Positions 18,391 to 28,911 of a stretch of 64,000 bases of DNA are shown here, piece after piece. Source of the DNA: Alphaproteobacteria bacterium (GTDB lineage Bacteria > Pseudomonadota > Alphaproteobacteria > UBA828); contig OZ243972.1 in the NCBI GenBank assembly GCA_965214705.1, positions 1,792,001 through 1,856,000 of the forward strand, written 5' to 3'. The notes under the pieces are model-generated. The model was not told the DNA's origin and did no database searches. It saw only the letters and a list, made by a program, of their open reading frames with translations. Position numbers and translations under genes: made by a program. Within the stretch, counting starts at the first letter, position 1. Every line of letters begins with the position of its first letter.

Positions 18391-18401
18391 GAGACCGGCC
18401 C

Positions 18402-19448
18402 CTACGTTCGCGATGCGAAGGTCGTGAACCAGGTGCGCAGACGCTGGAATTGATGCCCCGGCGGCGTGCGCAGTGCACTGCCGACCTTGGGAAACAGGCT
18501 CTCCAGCCCGCCCGGCAGGAAGATGAGGAAGAAGATCAGGACGGCGCCGAACATCAGAGGGCGCCATTCCAGCAGCGGCCGGCTCCATTCGAAGGCGATG
18601 GTCACCACTACCAATCCCACGATCGGCCCCCAGAAGGTCGCCGTTCCGCCGACTACCACCCAGATGATCAGATAGATCATCGTTGTCAGGTCGAAGTTTC
18701 GCGGATCGATCGACCCCATTCTGTACGCCAGCAGAGCGCCGGCGATGCCGGCGAAGAACGCGCCCGTAATGAAGGCGAGGCTGCGGTACCGCGCAACGTC
18801 GATGCCGACACACTCGGCGAGAAGATCGTCGCTGTGGATCGACTTCCAGGCGTTGCCGATCCGCGATTTGTCGAGCCTCCACATGATGAAGACGGCGGCG
18901 AGCATGACGATGAAGCAGGTGAAGTAGAACGGCACCGGCGGCGACAGCCTGAGCCCCACGATCTCCGGCGACGGAATGTTGATGATGCCGCGCGTGCCGC
19001 CGAAGGGGAACTGCACCTTCACCCAGATGAGCCGCACCAGCTCACCCATGGCGAAAGAGGCGATGAAGAAGCCAAAGCCTGCCGTTCGCAGCAGCGGGAT
19101 GATGAAGGCCGCGCCCACGATCGCGGCGGTGATCCCGGCCATCGGCACGACGACCCCGAAGGGCAGGCCGGCATGCTTGGCGATCAGCGCCGCGCCATAG
19201 GAGCCCGCGCCCATCAGCACGACATGGGCGAAGCTCCAGTCCCCGGTCGTGGTGATGAGCCGATAGCTCGTCACCATGATGACGTTGATGAAGAAAACGA
19301 TCGCGAGCTCGCGGTGGTAGGGCTTCAGCTCGAAGCCGAGGACGCACAGGACGGCAAGCACCGCGGCGAGGAGCAGCAGCGGCGCGAACCGCCGCAGTGC
19401 GGTCGCGGATGCCAGTCCGGTGTTCGCCGCCTCGTCAGGCGCGCTCAC
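18402..19448 (-). CDS. livM: Branched-chain amino acid-type ABC permease
   Basis: Hydrophobic; SFAH, GGTRGI and VVGG..FWGP motifs. Confidence 0.88.
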   Translation of the reverse strand: MSAPDEAANTGLASATALRRFAPLLLLAAVLAVLCVLGFELKPYHRELAIVFFINVIMVTSYRLITTTGDWSFAHVVLMGAGSYGAALIAKHAGLPFGVVVPMAGITAAIVGAAFIIPLLRTAGFGFFIASFAMGELVRLIWVKVQFPFGGTRGIINIPSPEIVGLRLSPPVPFYFTCFIVMLAAVFIMWRLDKSRIGNAWKSIHSDDLLAECVGIDVARYRSLAFITGAFFAGIAGALLAYRMGSIDPRNFDLTTMIYLIIWVVVGGTATFWGPIVGLVVVTIAFEWSRPLLEWRPLMFGAVLIFFLIFLPGGLESLFPKVGSALRTPPGHQFQRLRTWFTTFASRT

Positions 19449-20304
19449 GGCCGAGGAGCCCCTGTGGCCGGACGATCAGGGTGAGCGCCATGAAGCCGAC
19501 GCCAACCATCGTTGCGATCAGATTGTCGGTCACCGTCGTGACGAAGGTGTGGATGAAGCCGAGGATGACGGCCGCCAGGATCGCGCCTTCGATGCTGGCC
19601 ATGCCGCCCACAATCACGACCACGAAGGCGATCAGGATGACTCCATGGCCCATGTAGGGCGTGACGGAATGGACGGGCGCCATCAGCGCGCCGGCGAGCC
19701 CCGCCGAGGCGCCGGCGAGCGCCATCGCCAGCGCCGTCATGCGGTTGGTGCGGATGCCCTGCAGTGCGGCGATTTCGGGATCCTGCGCACAGGCGCGCAA
19801 CGCCTTGCCCAGCTTGACGCGGTAGAGGAAGAAGCGCAGCGCGAGCAGCATCGCGAACGCGCAGGGGATGACGATCAGGCGCTGCCAGCCGATCGTGGCG
19901 TCGCCCACGTCGGCGGCGCCCATGTAGGGCGTGGGAATGCTCTTGGCGATGCCGACACCCCAAATCTGCCCCGCGAGTACTTGCAGGATAAACGCGAGCC
20001 CTGCGGTGGCCATGAATCCGGCCAGGATGTTCTTTCGCGTCGGTCGGAAGATCAGGCGCTCCGCCACCAACCCGAACAGTGCCACGATCGGGATCGCAAG
20101 GATGACTGCGAGCGGGAACGGTAGACCGACGAGCGCGTAGAGAACGTAGACGCAGTAGGCGCCGACCATGAAGAACTCGCCATGTGCGAAGTTCGCCATC
20201 TTCATGACGCCGAACGCGAGCGCCAGCCCCACCGCCACCAGCGCATAGATCGACGACGCCACAACCGAGTTCAGCAGCGTCTGAATCAGGGTAACGGTGT
20301 CCAT
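19435..20304 (-). CDS. livH: Branched-chain amino acid-type ABC permease
   Basis: NFAHGEF, GKALRA and IVGGMASIEGA motifs. Confidence 0.9.
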   Translation of the reverse strand: MDTVTLIQTLLNSVVASSIYALVAVGLALAFGVMKMANFAHGEFFMVGAYCVYVLYALVGLPFPLAVILAIPIVALFGLVAERLIFRPTRKNILAGFMATAGLAFILQVLAGQIWGVGIAKSIPTPYMGAADVGDATIGWQRLIVIPCAFAMLLALRFFLYRVKLGKALRACAQDPEIAALQGIRTNRMTALAMALAGASAGLAGALMAPVHSVTPYMGHGVILIAFVVVIVGGMASIEGAILAAVILGFIHTFVTTVTDNLIATMVGVGFMALTLIVRPQGLLGRERA

Positions 20305-20320
20305 ACGACCGGACTCTGAG

Positions 20321-20351
20321 CAGCGGTCTCCAGACTATCCGGAGACCGCTG
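20321..20351. terminator. 11-bp stem-loop between the SBP and livH
   Basis: CAGCGGTCTCC / GGAGACCGCTG. Confidence 0.45.
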
Positions 20352-20429
20352 GACCGTACACTATCGTGTCCGATACGGAAAAGCGGGGCGGGCGTTCATG
20401 TCGTTGATTCGCCCGCCCCTTTCACATGC

Positions 20430-21915
20430 TTACTGGCGCTGATCCCACATCTGACCGCGATCCCGCACGTGGGCGATGATCGACTCCTTGTGGGCGTCGA
20501 ACCAGGGCTCGAAACGCATCATGGAGACGATGCGCTTGCAGTTGCAGTCAGCGTCGAAGACGTTGGTCGGGATCGGATGCGACATCATGTTCTTGATGCC
20601 CCACATGTCCTCACCCGAGATCAACGCCGGCCCCTCGATCGTCATGATGGCCTTCTCGGCGCGGATGGCCTCCAGCACCGCGTCGGGATCGAAGCTGCCA
20701 GCCTTCTCCAAACCGTGCAGGTAGACCTGAACGATCGGCATGTAGAGCCAATCGATGCCGGTCATCGGCGCGTTCACGTCTTCCGGCGCACCGTCGCCGA
20801 AGCGGGCCTGCCAATCGTCAACGAACTGGCTCTGCATCGAGGGGTTGCCCCACCAGGGGTCGTCCATGGTGGGATAGCTGTCGTAGCCGCCAACCTTCGC
20901 GGCCCACTCCGGCGGCACCTTCTGCAGCACCGATTCCCATTCGATGTAGTTCGCGTTGATGGGTCCTTCGAAGCCCTGCAGATAAAGCTGCTCCATCACC
21001 AGCGGAATGAAATCGGGCCAAGTGATGTTGAGCGCCACGGCATCCGGCTTGGCCGCGAGCAGCGCGGTGACAACCGGCGCGAAGTCGGTGGTCTCGGGCG
21101 AGAAGTGCTCGTCGTAGACGATCTCCCAACCCGCCGCCTTCGCCGCGCCGACTTCCCAGGCTTGGCCGACGAACGTCACCGCGTCTTCCTGCGCGATGAC
21201 CCCGTAGGTCTTGAGCTCTGGATAGACGTTCTTGATGTAGAGCGGGCGCATCATCTCGCCGCGTGGGAACGAGTCCTCGCCGGCGATCACGTAGGGGCGG
21301 TTGGGGTTGATGTCGGTGGACGCAAGCGGCGCATAGAACACGCCGTTGTCCATCAGGAAGGGGATCTGGGAGTCCCCGGTCGTGCCGCCGACACCCAGCA
21401 CCATCTTGACCTCGTTCTCGAAGACGAGCTGCTTCGCGCCCTGTAGTGCCTTGCTCGGTACATACTCGTTATCGAACTGGTGGATCTCGATCATATGGCG
21501 CGTGTCACCGACCAGGAGCCCGCCTTCCGAGTTGATCCAGTCGGCCAGAATCTTCAGGCCGGTGAGCCCGGGAAGACCCCAGCCTGCCACCGGACCAGAC
21601 AACGGCGCATTGAAGCCGATGCCGATGGGATCGCCGACAAGGCTTATCCCCTTACATCCGGCTTCTCCATATGTGGGGTGCCGGATCGCTGGGCACTTTA
21701 CGGGCAACCCATTGAGACACGGAAGGAACTGCGACCGTGTCGGATACCGCCGCCGAGGTGGCCGGTACAACATGTTGGGGAACCGGAGCCAGAGGGATAA
21801 GCCTTTCGCCGACATCATCTTCCGCCTTCGCGGCTGACAGTGTGCCGAGCGCGAGAGCGCCGGCGCATGTGAGGATTCCGACGCCGCGGAGCACTGTTTT
21901 TCCTAGAGACTTCAT
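20430..21915 (-). pseudogene. Liv-type ABC substrate-binding protein disrupted by a MITE just after the signal peptide
   Basis: MKSLGK..AAKAEDDVG joins DPIGIGFNAPLSG when 175 bp are removed. Confidence 0.9.
21639..21805. mobile_element. 167-bp MITE, IS1595 family (ISSod11-like ends)
   Basis: TIR AAGGCTTATCCC / GGGATAAGCCTT; 8-bp TSD TCGCCGAC at 21631 and 21806. Confidence 0.88.
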
Positions 21916-23000
21916 GTTGTCTCCCTTTCCCTCGTTGGGTCTTCGCATCAACCAGAGATCCACACCCAACGCGGAGCATAGCCGCGCCAAAACGGGCGTT
22001 CAAGCCGACCACGCCCGCCGCCAAGTGCCGATACGCCCCGTGAAGGAAGATGTCTACGGCCGGACGTTCTCGGGAAAGCAACCGCCGCGCGCCGTTGCAT
22101 AAAGCTGCACGCTCCGACAACCCGACGTTCGAGAATGCCTCGGCCTTGCTGTTGACAACCCGAATACGAGTGCCTCGAGTCAGGCGTTTGAACCGATCGC
22201 ACTACCATCCAAGATTAGGTTCCATACTGCACCTCAATACTCCGTTGGTCGGCAAGATCGGAGAACGTCCCTGTTCCGGGCTTCGTCCTGGTTGGTATGG
22301 TTGGCGGTGGATCGGGGATTTGGAACAGGTGTTCGGGTCTGTCGTTGTAGGCGTGTGCGCGCAGCAGTCCGGCCCTGTGCCATCTGCGTACCGTGTCGTC
22401 GGACACTCCGAGCCGGTCGGCGGCTTCCAAGGCTGTCAACAGTCCGCGCTCGCGCAGCCGGTCACGGCGGGTCTTGAGAGCGTAGTCGACCCGGACCACC
22501 TTCACCGATATCGGGTCGAAGGCGTGGCCGTGTCCGGTTCGGTACTCGCGCTGGTTGAGGATCGCTGCGATCTCGCCCTCGGTGTGATCGTTCATCAACC
22601 TGTCGACCTCGGCGACGACCTCGTCGCTGGTCTTGATGAGCTGGGAAGGGTGAGGGTCCGGCGTCCAGGCGATCCGTCGGGTCGCGCCGCCGCGCAGCCG
22701 CACTCCCAGGCTCCGCGTGGCCTTGGTCAGGGTCACGTCCTCGATCAGCAGCCGCGCCATCCTCTTGCGCTCGCGGTGCAGCGTCCCCGGATCGTTCCAC
22801 AGGCGCAGGAAATCGCTGGCCAGGGCGAGGATTCGCTCGCGTTGCGCGTCGTCCAACCCCTGGCCTGGTTCGGCGCGGCTGCGCTCGAGCTCGCGCTGGG
22901 CCTCGTCGAGTGCGCGAAGCTTCACGTTCCACTCCGCCTCCAGCACGTCGGCCACCATCCGGTTGTCGGGATGGGTCTGCATGAACCGCGGGCGCTCTAG

Positions 23001-23149
23001 GGAACCTCTGATTTATCAGGGGTTCCCGTGGCACAGGGATGTGCCACCATTTTCTGTGGCTGTAAGTCACTGAAAATGTGAGTAAAGCGGAAAGCGCGCT
23101 TCCGCCTTGCGCGTCTGAGAAATGCAGGAGGCACTTATTCAGACCTTCC
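23001..23149. mobile_element. 149-bp MITE, IS5-family-like ends
   Basis: Ends GGAACCTCTGATTTA / TTATTCAGACCTTCC; CTAG duplicated at 22997 and 23150. Removal restores EADLERPRFMQ. Confidence 0.85.
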
Positions 23150-24325
23150 CTAGGTCGGCTTCCTCGCGGGCGCGCTGCACCCGCTGGGCGCGCCACAGAT
23201 CCGCCTCTTCGGCGCGCGCGGCGAGTTCGTCCTGCACCTGCAACGCGATATCCAGCGTGAGCGGTGTCATCAGCTCGACCAGCAGCGCGCCAACCGCCCG
23301 GTCAATGGCGCCGCCGGATATGGTCTGGCAATTCTCCGCGCTCGCCGTCTCGACCCTTTCGCGATTGCACAGGTATTGGGGGCTTTGTTGCCCTTTTGCG
23401 GCTCGGTAGCGCACCGTCATGTTCCTGCCGCGCACGCCGCAGATCGCCAGGCCCTGCAGCAGCGCAGACCCTTCGCGCGGGGCGCCGCGTCGCTGCACCG
23501 TGGCGTGCGCCTGGGCATTGTCCCGGAGCTGGCGCTGATTCTGCTCGAAGCGCTCCCAGGTGATGTAGCCCGGGTGGGCATCGCGCAGCAGCACCGTCCA
23601 TTCCTCTCGCGGAACTCTTCTGGTCTCGACACCACCGCCGGGACGCCGCCGGCTGCGGCTGCGCCCGTACGCGAAAGCGCCGGCGTATCGCGGGTTGTGC
23701 AGAAGCCCGCACACGCGCGAGAACCTGAGGGGCTTCCAATGCAGCTCACCGCTGTGGGGCCCGCCCTGAAGACGGTACGGAAACAGCAGCTTCTCGTTGT
23801 TGAAATGCCTGACCGTGGCGCTGGCCGAGCCGGTCCGCGCGAAGGTGTCGAATATCAAGCGCAGACTGTGCTGCACTTGCTCGTCGGGGTCGAGCACCAC
23901 GTTGCCCAGCGGGTTGTAGACCAGCCCCACCGGCAGCGACACCTTCAACTCCCCGCGCCTGGCCTTGGCCAGCACTCCGCCACGTAGCCGGAGGCGCATC
24001 ATGTGCAGCTCCGCTTCCGACATGGTCCCTTTGAGCCCGAGCAGGAGCCGATCATTGAAGTCGCCGGGGTCGTAGACGCCGTCCTCGTCGAGGATCAGCG
24101 TCTCGCTCAGCGCGCAGATCTCGAGCAGGCGGTGCCACTCGGTAGAGTTGCGCGCGAGGCGGCTGACCTCGAGCCCGAGCACGATCCCGGCCCGGCCCAT
24201 GCCGACCTCGGCGACCAGGCGCTGGAATCCCTCGCGGTCCCTGTCGGCGCCGGAGAGACCGAGATCGCTGTCGATCACGACGATGCTCTCGCTCGGCCAG
24301 CCCAGCGCCACCGCCCGCTCCCGCA

Positions 24326-24351
24326 GCGCGTACTGGCGGCGCGTACTGGCG
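24326..24351. repeat. 13-bp tandem duplication causing a frameshift
   Basis: GCGCGTACTGGCG x2. Confidence 0.9.
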
Positions 24352-24458
24352 GCGCGTGCTCTCGCCATGCTCGAACACCTGACGCGGGGTGGACTGACGC
24401 ACGTACAGGTAGGCATCGCGGCTCAGGTGGTTCGCGGCCACCTTCTGGTGAGCGGGGT

Positions 24459-24766
24459 TCATGCGGCTTCCCTCCCCATACGGCCCCTGAGCATCGCGAG
24501 CAGAATGTCGATCACCGGCCTTTCGACGTCGGCGGGCAGCGGCTCCGGGGAAGCGCCGCCGCAAACGGCGGCCGGCGGGGCGGGCAGTTCGGCGAAGGCA
24601 TGCAGCAGGCCGCGACGCCGCGCAGCGCCACCACGGCGAGCCCGTGGCGACCGTGGCCGGCGCCGGGTTCGACGGCATGACGGCGCATCCGCTCGTAACC
24701 GTGCCCGTAGGCGGAATGCTCCGCCGCGGGGAGCGCGGCGCATGGCGGCGGGCTGTGCATCGTCAT
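24459..24766 (-). pseudogene. Small Y4bB-like accessory protein, one-base frameshift near 24605
   Basis: YERMRRHA..GLAVVALRGVAA continues in another frame as LHAFAELP..ILLAM. It overlaps both neighbours by 4 bp. Confidence 0.6.
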
Positions 24767-25221
24767 CGTTTTTTTCCCCGCGCGAGGGCGCGATCGATGC
24801 TGCTGCGATGGATCGAGACGCCGAAGCGTTCGCGCACGAACTCGACCAGCGCGGCGGCGGTCAACTCCGGCTGTTCGCTCTTCGCCGCCTGCAACGCCTC
24901 GACCACCTCGTCGCTGAGCTTGTGCGGCCGGCGCGGACCCGGCCGATCCGGTAGCAGCCCCGGCAGCCCGCCGGCGTTGTAGGCGCGCTGCGCCTGATAC
25001 CAGGTGGGCCGCGAGACGCCGAAGCTGGCGGCGGCGTGGCTCACCGTCACGCCGTCCTCGCGCACCCGGCGCAGCATCTCGTACCTGACCTGGAGCAGGT
25101 CGCGCGGGTCGAAGAACTCGTTCGACAGGAACAGCTCGTCGCGCACCGACTCCGCGCGCGGGTTCAGGCAGCCGTGCTCCTTGAGGGAGCGGGACTTGGC
25201 GTCGGCGGGGCGTTTGGCCAT
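24763..25221 (-). CDS. HTH protein (Y4bC-like)
   Basis: FFDPRDLLQVRYEMLRR..FGVSRPTWY..GLPGLLPDRPGPRRPHKL. Confidence 0.82.
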   Translation of the reverse strand: MAKRPADAKSRSLKEHGCLNPRAESVRDELFLSNEFFDPRDLLQVRYEMLRRVREDGVTVSHAAASFGVSRPTWYQAQRAYNAGGLPGLLPDRPGPRRPHKLSDEVVEALQAAKSEQPELTAAALVEFVRERFGVSIHRSSIDRALARGKKR

Positions 25222-25402
25222 GGCGCGGGCTCCATCGGGAAAGAAATGTAAATATAAATATACATATTCTCAGCAACGCATCAAGCCCTTCCTTCGCCTC
25301 CATGGCTGAAAATAGGCTGAAATTCCACATATAAACGCCAATCATTGCCGCCCCATCGCCCCCATGATCCTGTGCCTCCGCAACTCATGCGCAAAAACGT
25401 TC

Positions 25403-25708
25403 TTATATACTCGGCAAAATCTCCTCGGCAGTCTCCGCCCCGCCGTCGCTCTCCCGCATAGTGCGGGCGTCCCTGTCCAGGCTGTCCAGCAATGCCGCCA
25501 GCGCAAGCAGGTCCGAGACGCGGAACGCCGACCGGCCCGCCGCTACCCTCACAAACGGATCCGCCGCCGCGGCGCTCGTAAACGCCTGACGAATCGTCCG
25601 CAGCGTTCCGTCGTCAGCCGTGTAATGAACCAGCCCCACCCCCAGCACCGACGTGGTCTCGATCAGTTCGAACTCACGTCCGTGAAGCGGATGAAACGGG
25701 TGCGTCAC
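25403..25708 (-). CDS. Y4bD/Y4pK (DUF5372)-like protein
   Basis: THPFHPLHGREFE..DPFVRVAAGRSAFRVSDLLAL; true start uncertain. Confidence 0.7.
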   Translation of the reverse strand: MTHPFHPLHGREFELIETTSVLGVGLVHYTADDGTLRTIRQAFTSAAAADPFVRVAAGRSAFRVSDLLALAALLDSLDRDARTMRESDGGAETAEEILPSI

Positions 25709-25749
25709 CCGGACGAGCTGCCGCTCGACGCATCCGAGGGGTGCACTTG

Positions 25750-25950
25750 AGTGCCCAGTCCCAGTGCCCGCGCGATGGCCGCGCCGATGCGATCTGCCGC
25801 CGCCTCGGTCTCCCGGTCACCGACGTGGGCGTAGCGCAGTGTCACACTCGGCCGCTTGTGGCCAAGCAGGCGCGAGACGACCGGGAGCGGGATGCCCTGC
25901 AGCACGGCGTGGCTCGCGAATGAGTGGCATAAATCGTGTATCGATGTGCC
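25750..25950 (-). pseudogene. Tyrosine integrase C-terminal fragment
   Basis: HDLCHSFASH..LLGH..TLRYAH, with the catalytic R replaced by C; N-terminus missing. Confidence 0.8.
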
Positions 25951-26149
25951 GTTTTGCGGCTGCTGGCGCCTGAGGTGCGCTGATGTATGATTAATGCCGC
26001 TAAGACAGTGTGTTATCAAGCCTCATCCTGCCTTCGAGAAGCTTGCATTGGCGACTGAGATGCGCTAACAGTCGACCACTGTTGGGACCGGTTGGTTCCT
26101 GTTTGCTTACGGAATTCGGGCCGGCCAAGAACGCGAGTGCCGAGCGATG

Positions 26150-26293
26150 GAAAGCGTTCGGTCACGCGGTGATGAGAGTGGTGGATTCAACGATTGAGCG
26201 TTCGCTTCCAGTCCTTGCGGAGGGGTCGCAACCAGATGTCCTTTTGGGGCTGGGCCCGTTTCGTGTGCCTGTCATAGCGTCCTCTTCCCTGGG
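26150..26293. repeat. Left 144-bp inverted repeat
   Basis: Reverse complement of 29683-29826, one mismatch seen. Confidence 0.92.
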
Positions 26294-26358
26294 CGCAGAT
26301 TTCATTATCGATCCCCTCAACAAGACACTGGTAACGCCGCCGGCGATTCGATATCGTC

Positions 26359-28911
26359 GTGCGCATGGCGATGCGCGACGAGGAATTCGGAGCGACCCCG
26401 ACGCTGACCGAGGCGGAGGGCGGGTTCTGGGCGCCGCTCCAGGCGGCGCCGGCATCGGAGCCGCGCGACTGGCGGTCTCTGTGCGAACAGGCGCAGTCCC
26501 GCGCGGAGATGGAACGGGCGCGGGCGGACGCGGCGGAAGCGCGCGTCGAAGAGCTGGTTCTGGCGGAGAGGGACGCCCGTTCGCGGGCGGGTTCGCTGAA
26601 GTGGCAGCTCGACAAGAGCCGGGACAAGCTCAAGGCGGCCAACAAGGAGGTCGAGGAGGTTCGCCGCGCGGCCAAGGATGCGCTGTTCTACCAGTCGGAA
26701 GTGGCGCGTTTGGACAAGCTGCTCTCGCAGGCCGGTGTCGAGTCGAGCAAACGCAGCACGATCATGTCGCTGCGCATGGAAGTCTTTCAGCTGCGCGAAG
26801 CCTTGCAGACGTTGCAGGCCGGCAAGGATACGGCCGCCCCTGCATCCGTAGAGAAGATCAAGCTGCCCAGGGGTGCGCCAGCGCTGAAGCCGTCCCAGGA
26901 GCAGAAGGACGAGGTCGCGGCGTTGCGCAGGAAGGTCGAGGCGCTCCGTCGCAGGCTGAAACGGGCGGCAGAGTCGTCGCCGCCCCGGAGAGCGGGCACC
27001 CAGCTGCGCAAGGCGCTGGAACGCGCGCGCAAGCAGAAGGACACGATCAAGGCGCTGCGCGGGCAAGTCGGTTCTCTGCGCCGGGAGACGCGCCGGCTGA
27101 ACCGGGAAGCTCGCCGGCTGCGCCGCGAGCAGGAGCAACTGCAGAGCCTCAAGGCGACCCTGCGCCAGACGACCGCCGAGGCCAAGATTCTCCGCGGGGC
27201 TCTGGCCGGGTTCTACGATCAGATGGACCTCATCAAGGAGCAGCAGAGCCACATCATCGGCCTGCGCGTGGCCCTGAGGACATCGGCCATCAAGAACGAG
27301 AAGCTGGAGGCCGAGCTTGCCGAACGTCCCCTGCTGAGCGCGGTCTTCATGAAACTGCGCGAGCGGAACAAGACCATCGAGGCGCTGCGCAAGGAGATCG
27401 CCCGGCAGCGCAAGGCGAACGGGCGGCTGGGCAGCAAGATAAAGTCCCTGCACGCCCACAGAGCGAGCCTGCAAGCCCGGATTGTCCAGCTTCGCTCGTC
27501 CCGCGCGGTCTTGTCGAAGGCGGTCTTCGGGGGCCGGAGCGAGCGGCAGGAGACGCCCCGCTCGGAGCGCAAGCGCGGCCAGCAGCGCGGCGCGCCCGGC
27601 CACGGCCGTACCTCGCGGCTTGCGCTCAAGGAGAAGGAGGAACGGCGGGAACGGCCGCCGGACGCGCTCATCTGCTCGTGCTGCGGCAAGCCCTATGTCG
27701 CCAACGGCGAGCGTTCCTCGTCCGTCATCGAGATCGCGGTCAAGGCCCACATCCGCAGGATCGTCCGTCCGCGCTACCGTCGGGGCTGCGGCTGCCCGTC
27801 CTCGCCCCCGGAGGCGGTCGCGCCCCCGCCGGCGCGGCTGTTCGCCAGGACGCCCTTCGGGATCAGCGTCTGGGCGCGCATCCTCTACGAGCGCTTCGCC
27901 TGCTTCCGGCCCCTGCGTCAGGTCGCGGCGTGGATGACCGATCAGGGGCTGGCGATCGCGCCGGGGACGATGGCCGACAGCGTGCGCCGCTTCCAGCCGC
28001 TGTTTGCGCCGCTCGCCGAGGCGATCCTCGCCCGCCAGAACGAGATGGCGGTGCGCCACGGCGACGAGACCGGCTGGCGCATCCAGGCGCTGAGCGAGAC
28101 CGGGCGCTCGCGGCGCGCGTGGCTGTGGATCTCGGTCGGCAAGGACGCCGTCTACTACCGCGTCGACCCCTCGCGCAGCGCCGAGGCCGCGATGAAGCTG
28201 TTCGGCTCGGTCAAGGGCACCGTGTTCCTGGTCTGCGACCGCTACGCCGCCTACATCAAGATGGCGCGGGAGCTCGACGGCAAGGTGATCCTGTGCTGGT
28301 GCTGGATCCACCAGAGGCGCGACTTCATCGAGTGCGCGGCTGGCCAGGTGAAGCTGAGGCAGTGGTGCGAGGGGTGGATCGAGCGGTTCGCGTCCGTCGT
28401 CCGGCTGAACAAGGAGCGGCTGAAGCATTACGACCCCGCTCTCGCTCTCATACGACAGACGCCGGCGTTCGACGCGGCACAGGCCGCGCTGAAGAAGGCG
28501 GTCGACGAGCTGTTCGCACAGGGCGAAGCGGAGCTGGCCGACCTGCCGGCCAAGGCGCGCCAGGCCAAGGCGTTGCGCTCGCTGCTCAAGCATCGCGAGG
28601 GACTGAGCGTCTTCGTCGACAATCCCCAGGTGCCCATGGACAACAATGTCGCGGAGCGCGAGTTCCGGAGGGCCGTTATCGGGCGCCGGTTATGCTTCGG
28701 TTCGGACAGCGAGGACGGCGCCGACTTCACGGCGGCGATGTACTCGGTCCTCGGCACCCTCGCCCTGAACGGCATCGATGTCCTGCGCTGGCTGGAGGCG
28801 TGGCTCGAAGCCTGCGCGGAGAACGATGGCCAGCCGCCCGACGACCTGTCGCCCTGGCTGCCCTGGACGATGAGCGAGGAGCGCAGGCGCGAGTTCACGG
28901 CGCCGGAATGA
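26359..28911 (+). CDS. IS66-family DDE transposase with a ~390 aa N-terminal coiled coil
   Basis: FGGRSE, KRGQQRGAPGHGR, CSCCG, GDETGW, CDRYAAY, CWIHQRRDF and DNNVAEREFR. Start may be a few codons later. Confidence 0.92.
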   Translation: MRMAMRDEEFGATPTLTEAEGGFWAPLQAAPASEPRDWRSLCEQAQSRAEMERARADAAEARVEELVLAERDARSRAGSLKWQLDKSRDKLKAANKEVEEVRRAAKDALFYQSEVARLDKLLSQAGVESSKRSTIMSLRMEVFQLREALQTLQAGKDTAAPASVEKIKLPRGAPALKPSQEQKDEVAALRRKVEALRRRLKRAAESSPPRRAGTQLRKALERARKQKDTIKALRGQVGSLRRETRRLNREARRLRREQEQLQSLKATLRQTTAEAKILRGALAGFYDQMDLIKEQQSHIIGLRVALRTSAIKNEKLEAELAERPLLSAVFMKLRERNKTIEALRKEIARQRKANGRLGSKIKSLHAHRASLQARIVQLRSSRAVLSKAVFGGRSERQETPRSERKRGQQRGAPGHGRTSRLALKEKEERRERPPDALICSCCGKPYVANGERSSSVIEIAVKAHIRRIVRPRYRRGCGCPSSPPEAVAPPPARLFARTPFGISVWARILYERFACFRPLRQVAAWMTDQGLAIAPGTMADSVRRFQPLFAPLAEAILARQNEMAVRHGDETGWRIQALSETGRSRRAWLWISVGKDAVYYRVDPSRSAEAAMKLFGSVKGTVFLVCDRYAAYIKMARELDGKVILCWCWIHQRRDFIECAAGQVKLRQWCEGWIERFASVVRLNKERLKHYDPALALIRQTPAFDAAQAALKKAVDELFAQGEAELADLPAKARQAKALRSLLKHREGLSVFVDNPQVPMDNNVAEREFRRAVIGRRLCFGSDSEDGADFTAAMYSVLGTLALNGIDVLRWLEAWLEACAENDGQPPDDLSPWLPWTMSEERRREFTAPE

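Larger units (their letters stand above)
22215..24462 (-). pseudogene. Large serine recombinase (resolvase-recombinase-Zn ribbon-HTH) broken by a 13-bp duplication and a MITE
   Basis: YVRQST, EVSRLARN, LKGTMSEAEL, HNPRYAG and HPGYITWE motifs; split over three ORFs. Confidence 0.9.
22215..25750 (-). mobile_element. Four-gene large-serine-recombinase element (Rhizobium y4bD-C-B-A-like), degenerate
   Basis: Gene order Y4bD-like, HTH, small ORF, serine recombinase ending EVQYGT. Short inverted TGCACC (22228) / GGTGCA (25740) near the ends; boundaries approximate. Confidence 0.7.
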
